DNA of 64,000 nt, taken from the NCBI GenBank assembly GCA_021734245.1, contig JAIPJH010000001.1, forward strand, positions 1,823 through 65,822. Reading direction: 5' to 3'. The position numbers were made by a program, and so were the translations under genes. Positions 56,409-64,000 of the stretch are shown piece by piece. The notes under the pieces were generated by a model, which was not told the origin of the DNA, searched no databases, and saw only the letters and a list, made by a program, of their open reading frames with translations. Numbering within the stretch: the first letter of the stretch is position 1; each line of letters begins with the position of its first letter. This DNA comes from Candidatus Cloacimonadota bacterium (GTDB lineage: Bacteria; Cloacimonadota; Cloacimonadia; Cloacimonadales; TCS61).

Positions 56409-57335
56409 TTACAATTTTAATTTTTCCAACTTCAGAATATCTTCCACAGTTTCATAACCGTTTTCATCCAGAAATTCAATAATCTCATTATTAATTTTTT
56501 CGAACACTTCGATGCCTCGATAATAAACAGCCGTTCCCACGCCGATCGTTGTGGCTCCCGCCATCAGCATTTCCACAGCATCGATGCCATAAGTTACACC
56601 GCCCATTCCCAAAATTGGAATATCTACAGCAGAATGGGTTTGATAGATCAACTTGAGTGCAATCGGTTTGATACAAGGACCGGAAAGTCCACCGAATTTA
56701 TTGAATAGAACCGGTTTCACCATTTTAGCATCGATCGCCATACCGGGACCAACTGTATTGATCAGGCAAAGCGCATCGGCTCCGGCTTTCTGGGCGGCAA
56801 GAGCAATTTCTACGATATTGTAAACATTGGGAGAAAGTTTAGCGATCACAGGTAGTCTGGAGCTTTCTTTTACAGCTTTCACGATCTTGAAAACTTCATC
56901 TTTGGAAGCAGCCAGAGGAATACCAAATTCATCAAACACGTTGGGGCAGGAAAGATTGAGTTCCAGGAAATCACCTCTGGAATTATTAACTTCTTTGGCA
57001 AGCATCAGAAAATCTTCTGTATTTGTAGCAAAAACGCTCACGATAACAGGAGTACGTGAGCGTTTTTTAAACTCGTTAACCTCGAGCAGGCCATTCGAAA
57101 TTCCGGGATTACACAATCCCATACAATTTAATATTCCGCCTTCAAATTCGGCAATAACTGGACCTTTGTGACCTGTTCTTGGTTGAAGTGTTAAAGATTT
57201 GCTGGTTATAATTCCGGCTCCATTGATTCGCGCAATGTCCATTCCTGAAAAAGACATTCCCATCACCCCAGCCGGCAAGACCAGCGGTGATTCCAATTCC
57301 ACACCTAAAAACTTTGTTTTCAATCTTTTATGCAT
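56409..57335 (-). CDS. pyrD: dihydroorotate dehydrogenase (class 1B) catalytic subunit
   Basis: 308-aa TIM-barrel flavoenzyme (...NLSCPN..., ...GGLSG..., ...GVGTAV...), paired with pyrK. Confidence 0.9.
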   Translation of the reverse strand: MHKRLKTKFLGVELESPLVLPAGVMGMSFSGMDIARINGAGIITSKSLTLQPRTGHKGPVIAEFEGGILNCMGLCNPGISNGLLEVNEFKKRSRTPVIVSVFATNTEDFLMLAKEVNNSRGDFLELNLSCPNVFDEFGIPLAASKDEVFKIVKAVKESSRLPVIAKLSPNVYNIVEIALAAQKAGADALCLINTVGPGMAIDAKMVKPVLFNKFGGLSGPCIKPIALKLIYQTHSAVDIPILGMGGVTYGIDAVEMLMAGATTIGVGTAVYYRGIEVFEKINNEIIEFLDENGYETVEDILKLEKLKL

Positions 57336-57513
57336 TCGCCCATTCCTGGTTTAGATTTTTTTGATTTTCCACTTATTTCTTATTTTTAGGTCGAGATAAT
57401 TTCTCTTTTAAAATTTCGGAATCACTTACCTCTGACTTGCTTTACCAAAAAAATTTATCAGGTTTATCGGTCAATCAAATTAGATATTTATTTTATATTG
57501 AAAGTAAAAGATT

Positions 57514-58764
57514 TTATTCGGAATCGATCAAAACCAGCATCAGATCGTTGACGTTAGTTCCTGTGGGGCCCGTTTTTTTTAATGCATCAATTTTTGACAG
57601 AACGAAATAAGAATTGCAAGCTTCAATTTCCTTATCAAAATCTATTTGCATTTCCTTTATTTTTGGGAACGTATTCTCATCTACAAATCCACCAGCTGCA
57701 TCGGTTGGTCCGTCGGTTCCATCGGACGCTATCGACAAAAAAGAAACACCTTTCATGCCAGCAATTTTCTTTGCCATCAATAATGCTAAATGCTGATTAC
57801 GTCCGCCTTTTCCATTTCCAGAGATTTTTATAATCGGTTCTCCGCCAAAAATTAAAATTACAGGTTTGGAATGCTCTAAAGAATCTATCTTTGCAGTTTT
57901 GGTTTCATTGAATATTTCTTCAGCTACAATTTCCAAATTTTCTCGAAAACTGGTTTTCCCTACTTTTACTTCGAAGCCTTTTCCTTGTGAGATTTCAGCA
58001 GCTTTCCGGCATAGCAATTCGACGTTTCCAATAACTTTATTTTCAGCATTTGTAATAGATTTCGGTGTTTCAATTTGGATTGCTTTTCTAACATTTTCTG
58101 AAACTCTAATATTATATTTTGCAAGTAATTCCAGGGCTTGTTCTGAAGTTGATTGATCAGCAGAAACAGGACCGGAAGCGATCATACTGATATCGTCTCC
58201 GATTACATCGGAAAGAATAAAACTGTGGATTTTGCGAGGTGATAAAAGCTGGGCAAATCTTCCGCCTTTAACAGCAGAAACGTGCTTTCGGACTGTGTTA
58301 ATTTCGTTGATCGTTGCACCTGAATTGATCAATTTCTGATTTAAATCTATCAATTCTGCCAAAGATATTCCTGAAATTGTTTTTTCAAACAGTGAGGAAC
58401 CACCTCCGGAAATCAGGAAAAGTATTTCATAATCTTCGGAAATATTTTCTATTTCTTTCAAGATTGTATCTGTAGCTTTCAGAGAATTTTTATCTGGAAA
58501 AGGATGACCTGCTTCGTATATTTTGCAGTTTTTTATTTCACCTTTTAAATGATGATATTTAGTAATTACGAAACCTTGTTCAATTCTATTTCCAAGTAAA
58601 TCGATAGCTGTTTCTGCCATTTGCCAGGCTGCTTTGCCGATGGAAATTAACAAGAGCTTTTTATCTGTTTGAAAATTTGCTAATTCCTTTTGCAGCAACT
58701 TCCCGGCATTCAGCTCGGAGATTGATTCTTTTGCAATATTAAGTAGAGTTTTCTTATTATTCAT
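57514..58764 (-). CDS. glycerate 2-kinase / hydroxypyruvate-reductase-like protein (DUF4147 plus MOFRL family)
   Basis: 416 aa, reading GKAAWQMA...ISGGGSSL...GGEPIIKISGNGKGGRNQHLAL...ASDGTDGPTDAAG. Confidence 0.8.
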   Translation of the reverse strand: MNNKKTLLNIAKESISELNAGKLLQKELANFQTDKKLLLISIGKAAWQMAETAIDLLGNRIEQGFVITKYHHLKGEIKNCKIYEAGHPFPDKNSLKATDTILKEIENISEDYEILFLISGGGSSLFEKTISGISLAELIDLNQKLINSGATINEINTVRKHVSAVKGGRFAQLLSPRKIHSFILSDVIGDDISMIASGPVSADQSTSEQALELLAKYNIRVSENVRKAIQIETPKSITNAENKVIGNVELLCRKAAEISQGKGFEVKVGKTSFRENLEIVAEEIFNETKTAKIDSLEHSKPVILIFGGEPIIKISGNGKGGRNQHLALLMAKKIAGMKGVSFLSIASDGTDGPTDAAGGFVDENTFPKIKEMQIDFDKEIEACNSYFVLSKIDALKKTGPTGTNVNDLMLVLIDSE

Positions 58765-58767
58765 CTA

Positions 58768-61455
58768 TTATTTCAGAAGCAACATCTTCCTGGTTTGCAA
58801 AACTTTACCACTTTTAAATTTACAAAAATAAATTCCTGAAGCAACAGATTTATTCTTATCATCATTTCCGTTCCAAACAACACTTCCTACACTCGTTCCA
58901 AAACTCCCGTTTGGGAATGCAAAAGTTTTGACTTTTTGTCCTTTCAAGTTGTAGATTTCAATGGCAGCAAACGAGGACGTTTGCGGTACATTAAAACTAA
59001 TTGTTGTGGCAGGATTGAACGGATTAGGATAGATTGTCGTGATTCCTGTCATTAAGTCAAGTTCTTGTAAAACACCTGTACCTTCATAAATAAATCCGAT
59101 ATTTATTATTACTGATTCACCACCGTCATCATATACAGCACTCACACCTGCTAAATATGTTTGCCCATTAACCAGATTTTCAAATTGCCACTCAGTTTCT
59201 TCAGTAAAATCTACAAAGGTGGAATCCAAATATACATTGAAACCAGACAATGTATTTAAAGGTGGTGCCAGCCAGGATAATATTCCCGTATTTTCATCAA
59301 TCTGTACATTTCCGGGAGGTTCATAATTGCCCCCGAACCACTCCAAAGTAAGATCAATATTATCTGTAACTTGCCCTGGTATAACAATAACGTCCTCAAT
59401 AATATCAGTTTCATAATTGATCAAAGTAGCCATTACATCATAGGTTCCCGGCTCAATTGTGATTGAATAATCTCCATTTGCATCGGGATGCACAGTTTGA
59501 TCTCCTGCAATAACTTCCACATCTTCCACATTTCCGTTTCCACCATCCAACGTAACCATTCCTTCTATAGTTCCAGCGTATCCGGGATTTAACATTACAT
59601 CATCTACATACCAATAATTAATATCAAATGAATTACCTTCGAAAACCCAGGCTATTTGAAATGTTTCTGAGCCAACATCTGGTGATATGAAGTTAAGACT
59701 GATAATCTGAGGATCAATATTAGCAATCGGTTCAATTTCCCATACTGTATTCCAGTTAGTTCCATCGCTGGTTGTCTGTACTCTCAAAGTATAAGGGTCT
59801 CCATCATAGTCGTTCACAGAATGCCAAAATTCAAGCATTAAGGCTGAACAATCTTCTGTATTCAGAATTGGGCTTATAAGTCGTTGAGTTGCAGTTGTAC
59901 TTGGTGACCACGAAAATTGTGCTTCCGGTGCATTTCCACCTGCATTGTTGCCCATTCCGTGAACCCAGTTAACCTGCCCTGAAGTTGATTCTGTTGTCCA
60001 ACCATCAGGCAGCCAGGTGGTAAAATCTTCCAATATCAGATAAAGAGGTGGCCACCAGGGAATATTTGATTCTGCTATTCCACCATCACCTATAGCATTG
60101 TAAGGCTGGACGGAATAATAATAAATTCCTGCAGCAGGGATAGTATCGTCGATAAACTCAGTTGCAATACCTGCCAGTTCGAAAACACAATTATCCGGAT
60201 ATCGAACGATATGATATCCAAGAATAGACATATTGAATGCACCGCCATGTAAACCGGTTGTTGGATTATCCCAAGTTAGTGTTGCTGATAATATTCCTGG
60301 AGCAGTTTGCTCACATAGCAGGTTCTCAACTGCTGCCGGGACATCTTCCCCAACCCACACAGATTCCACATAGGGAATTCCCTCTCCATAGCTGTTGTAA
60401 CCTACTATTCTGTATTCATACATGCCATTGTCTGGAACAGTATTATCAAGATAACTTCCCGGTCCGCCAATGACAGGATCTTCGTCTGTATAGATCAAAA
60501 CATCATCACGATAAACACGCATTCCCAGTAATTCTGTTAAAGGTGTCCCATAAAACGTATTTTCAGGGCAAGTCCAACTTAAGCTTACTTCCAGGATACC
60601 AGAAGGATCAGGGATAATGTCCACATCCTGCGGACTTCCAGGAAAATCGCCTCAGGGTGAATAACCCACCTCTAAAAGCACAATATAATCCGGTGTTCCT
60701 TGCAGCAATACTCCTAATGATCTGTAACTGAGTTGCCAATCGGTCATAACGCAAGCACCGCCGGCAATAGCTCCGGCAGCCCCATAAATTGTAGCATTAA
60801 ATACATCTAATTGTGCCAGACTGTTGTAAGGATCGAGCCGATAGATATTACAACCGGGATCCTGGCTGTGAGCATAAAGATAAGGGCCAATTGGATCACA
60901 ATCATAAGCCAGACCATACAGAGAACCCCACCAGGGATAGCTGTTCAAAATAGTACCATCTCTATCCCAGTTTACGATGTTGTCTCCCCAGTTGCCACTC
61001 CAGAAAGTATCGCTAACCTCATCATATGCAAGCGCCCGAACTGATTGTCCAGCAACGTTGATAAAATTAGCTGTAACTGCATTTCCGGTTTCAGATTCCC
61101 AGCAGAAAACTTCCTGTGAAGCAGCTGAACCGTACATATAATTGCCATCGAAAGCCATGTCTCGACAACCTGTAAGAGGAGCTGTGATCGGTTCAATATA
61201 ATTTCCATCAACATCAAATTTGAAAAGCTGATCACTGCCGTTCCATTTGGATGCATAAAAATAAGTTCCATCCCATTCCACTCCGGCAAGTCCGGTCTGT
61301 CCTGTTGGTGTATCTACATCAAACTGCAGAAGCACATCCCACATATCTTCTGTTTCAGGAATATCGACTTTTGTCTGGATCGGAGATTTATCCTGAATTG
61401 AGTATGAATTAATAAAATATAAAATCACAAAAAATAAAATCGCAAATCGTTTCAT
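58768..61455 (-). pseudogene. T9SS-sorted surface protein split by a single in-frame TGA (60654..60652)
   Basis: The two track ORFs are in the same frame: ...LLEVGYSP*GDFPGSPQDVDIIPDPS.... The upstream part has the signal peptide (MKRFAILFFVILYF) but no sorting domain. The downstream part has the sorting domain (YPNPFNPATTISFNV...KMLLLK) but no signal peptide. Confidence 0.7.
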
Positions 61456-61710
61456 AATTCCTCCGCTTTCATGGTGAAAATTTTAATCTTTTACTATTCT
61501 AAAATCAATTATTTAAATATTTGTGTCAAATGAAATATGAAGGCAGGTAGGAATAAGAGAAGTAAAGCTGCAAGGTTTTCACGATATTCATCGTGTGTAA
61601 AGCCAAAAGTGAACCTCAGAAAGACGATTTTTGGAGTTAATCGATTCTTCGATTTTAAGCGACAAAGTTGCTTGCAATTTTAATTTATTAATCCAGCCAT
61701 ATCATTCGAT

Positions 61711-61796
61711 ACGATGCTTCGCGTCACTCAGGATGACACGGTTTTTCTCGTCATTGCGAGTGCTTCTGGCAATATATACTACTTCGAAGCAATCTC
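61711..61796. repeat. intergenic copies of GTCATCCTGAG... and GTCATTGCGAG...CGAAGCAATC palindromic-repeat arms
   Basis: The reverse complement of 61711..61740 reads CGTGTCATCCTGAGTGACGCGAAGCATCG. 61750..61796 contains GTCATTGCGAGTG...CGAAGCAATCTC. This is the source of spurious ORF 61631..61840. Confidence 0.65.
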
Positions 61797-61937
61797 AGAG
61801 AATGAGAAGTATATCTAAAAGTTCAAAAAAGCAGAATTAAAACTGTCCCATGATTAACTCAAGAGTTAATTATTTAATTGCATTTTGTAGCTTTTCAATC
61901 ATATCGGTTTTTTCCCAGGTAAATTCTATATCGTATT

Positions 61938-64000
61938 TCACTTAAGATATATCACTTTAATAGTTTCATTACAAGTATCTGATTTTAGCTTTACGAAATA
62001 TATTCCAGAACCTTGCTTTTCTGCATTCCAAATGAACACATGGTGACCTGGATTAAAATGAGAAGATAAAATTAACTGGCCTTTAGCGTTAAAAATATCA
62101 AGTAAAGCATTTTCGTCGTTTTTCACATCAAATGATATATGACTTATAGGATTAAAAGGGTTAGGATAACAGCTATTTAGTCTAGTTTTATTCGGTATGT
62201 TTAAATTACAAACATTTGTAGCAGTAACATTAATGTAATCGTTTTTAAGTTCAAAATCGTTTTCAACTCCATCAGACACATAAAGATATACAGAAAATAA
62301 TCCCGATTCTTCATAGCAACAAATCGGATTGGGATCATTACTATCAATAAACCCATCATTATTAAAGTCCCACAATCTTTGTGAAATGATACCAGATGAT
62401 AAATCAGTAAAATGTACATATAGAGGAGCTTGTCCTGATATCGGAGTTCCTGAAAAATCACAATCTACATGTTCGTATGTTGTAATAAAATCACTTATCA
62501 GGTGACTATTGGAATAATTGCCACAATAAACTGTAAGTTTCACAGAAAACACACCCACTGAATTGTAAGTAAATATAGGATCTTGCAAATATGAATCAAT
62601 AATTCCATCATTGTTGAAATCCCATTCCCAGCTAGTTATATTACCCAACGATAAGTCGGAAAATTCAACTTCTAGTGGTGAATAACCATTTGTTGGAGTA
62701 GCATCAAACATAGCTTCAACGTTATTAACAGTTATGTAGTTTTCTTTAATCACAGTATCTTGATCTTGACCATCATATACAGTCAGCGATATAGTATAGT
62801 TTCCTGGAGTAGTGTACAAAAAAGATGGATTTTGAGTATAAGAATCAATAATACCGTCATTATTGAAATCCCATTCCCAATTAACAATATTTCCTGAAGA
62901 CGTATCAGTAAATTGTACATCTAATGATACGTAACCAATCAAAGGAAAAGCTTCAAAATCAGCCTCTAAATTTTGGTAAAAATAATATCTACCAATATCA
63001 GATATAGTCCCATCAGGATCGAGAGGAGAATCCGGATCACCTGCATCAATACAAGGGGATTGTTCGGTTAAATGAAAACTCAGATTTTGAGGATCAATAA
63101 ATAATGGATCTTCGTTAATATTTCCATTTCCAGTATAACCTCCTTCTATGTTAGAATAAGTAATATTAACTGATCCTCCATTAATATCAATTTCATTTGA
63201 ATTATTCCACAAAATTGTATTAGTAATATCAACAAAACAATTTGAACCAATAAATATTCCTCCACCAGAAGGTGCATTATTTCCAAAAATTGTAAGATTG
63301 GTTAAAACAGGATTGCAATTTACATGACATATTATTCCACCTCCTTCATTGGAAGCTACATTATTAATAATCTTAACTCTAGATAACTCAGGATTACTAT
63401 CTCCATAGATATACAATCCTCCACCCCACATCGATGTATTATTAGTTATAGAAACATTATCTAACACAATATGTGAAGTATTATTTATTTGAATACCACC
63501 ACCTGTTTGATTTGCATAATTATCCTCAATTATTACATTGCGAAATTCAGCACAAGAATAAGAACAAAAAATACCTCCTCCTTTTCCGTATCCTAATGCA
63601 TTATTTTCTTTAACTAAGCAATTTAATATTACTGGATCGGAGTAAGTACATCTAATTCCAGCACCATAATTATAATTCCAAAAAAGTTCTGCAAGACCAT
63701 GTGTTATTGTAAATCCGATTAAACGAGCAAAGGGTGATTCTCCATTTTGAAATATCACTACATTACCGTTATTTGAACCATCAATTATTGTAGTTTCTAT
63801 ATAAGTAGAATCACCTGTTGTCAAAAATAGTGAAGCTACTGAAACATTATGTCCATTAAAATTGATATTCTCGAAATAAGTACCCGGTTGAACTAAAATT
63901 GTATCACCCATTATTGATGCATCAATTCCCTGTTGTATTGTTGGGTAATCTTCTGGAATATTAATTAAGCTTTGTAACATTATAATAGTTAAAAAAAATA
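61938..64000 (-). CDS. secreted beta-helix plus triple PKD-domain protein with T9SS C-terminal sorting domain (5' end beyond window)
   Basis: The reading frame stays open upstream of the track ATG (..FFLTIIMLQSLINIPEDYPTIQQGIDAS). That parallels the signal-peptide/INIPDDYATIQEGIDAS junction of the 23228 gene, so the true start is past 64000. Three repeats of WEWDFNNDGIIDS-type PKD modules. C-terminus YPNPFNPISHISFDV...IKVIYLK. Confidence 0.75.
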   Translation of the reverse strand, partial: FFLTIIMLQSLINIPEDYPTIQQGIDASIMGDTILVQPGTYFENINFNGHNVSVASLFLTTGDSTYIETTIIDGSNNGNVVIFQNGESPFARLIGFTITHGLAELFWNYNYGAGIRCTYSDPVILNCLVKENNALGYGKGGGIFCSYSCAEFRNVIIEDNYANQTGGGIQINNTSHIVLDNVSITNNTSMWGGGLYIYGDSNPELSRVKIINNVASNEGGGIICHVNCNPVLTNLTIFGNNAPSGGGIFIGSNCFVDITNTILWNNSNEIDINGGSVNITYSNIEGGYTGNGNINEDPLFIDPQNLSFHLTEQSPCIDAGDPDSPLDPDGTISDIGRYYFYQNLEADFEAFPLIGYVSLDVQFTDTSSGNIVNWEWDFNNDGIIDSYTQNPSFLYTTPGNYTISLTVYDGQDQDTVIKENYITVNNVEAMFDATPTNGYSPLEVEFSDLSLGNITSWEWDFNNDGIIDSYLQDPIFTYNSVGVFSVKLTVYCGNYSNSHLISDFITTYEHVDCDFSGTPISGQAPLYVHFTDLSSGIISQRLWDFNNDGFIDSNDPNPICCYEESGLFSVYLYVSDGVENDFELKNDYINVTATNVCNLNIPNKTRLNSCYPNPFNPISHISFDVKNDENALLDIFNAKGQLILSSHFNPGHHVFIWNAEKQGSGIYFVKLKSDTCNETIKVIYLK

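Noticed and set aside
14952-60654. Genome-wide stop-codon reassignment (TGA or TAG as sense) as the explanation for the in-frame stops.
   Set aside because: TGA and TAG both terminate well-defined genes at the expected protein lengths in this window. TGA does so for EF-G and the GNAT end; TAG does so for the histidine kinase and guaA.
61870-61941. A tiny ORF (GTG) MKYDIEFTWEKTDMIEKLQNAIK overlapping the stop of the 61938 gene. It is reminiscent of the C-terminal FSWEKT motif of glycosyltransferases.
   Set aside because: At only 23 codons, with no ribosome-binding site and no upstream homologous frame, it is at best a gene remnant. The evidence is insufficient to call it.

Overview
AT-rich bacterial chromosomal window with about 50 real genes, mostly on the minus strand. 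I saw no rRNA, tRNA, CRISPR array or transposase.

Gene content:
- the 5' part of gdhA
- a degenerate-receiver/PPDK_N-domain protein
- an envelope trio (beta-barrel OMP, flippase-like membrane protein, radical SAM/SPASM)
- a FadL-like OMP
- ybaB-recR and rsmI
- a sensor kinase-HAD-GNAT-VOC operon
- a tdh-acpS-kbl threonine-to-glycine module
- ribosomal protein bTHX, which is below the ORF-track size cutoff
- a short rho and a stand-alone EF-G
- five secreted proteins with near-identical T9SS/FlgD-type C-terminal sorting domains

From about 28.6 to 57.3 kb there is one co-directional array. It holds most of de novo pyrimidine synthesis (pyrD-pyrK-pyrC-pyrEF-pyrB-pyrI) and purine/GMP synthesis (guaB-purM-purSL-purQ-purH-purCE-purD-purN-guaA). 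It includes eukaryote-like fused enzymes (PAICS-like PurC plus class II PurE, UMPS-like PyrE-PyrF) and several passenger genes.

The sorting-domain style and composition suggest an FCB-group-related lineage such as Cloacimonadota. That is inference only.

Most unusual signals:
1. Several families of GC-rich hairpin/palindromic repeats fill many of the longer spacers of the pur/pyr array.
2. One palindromic family is inserted in frame inside guaA and purD.
3. A hairpin-rich element of about 230-340 bp, bounded by terminal inverted repeats, is present twice upstream of minus-strand operons.
4. Three genes carry in-frame stop codons: a GNAT, a HEPN toxin, and a T9SS cargo protein split between its signal peptide and its sorting domain.
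5. A conserved upstream block is shared by two T9SS cargo genes.
6. An operator-like palindrome cluster precedes an ATPase/PLP-enzyme operon that sits next to ridA inside the purine array.

All of this rests on reading the sequence by eye. No database search or folding computation was run.
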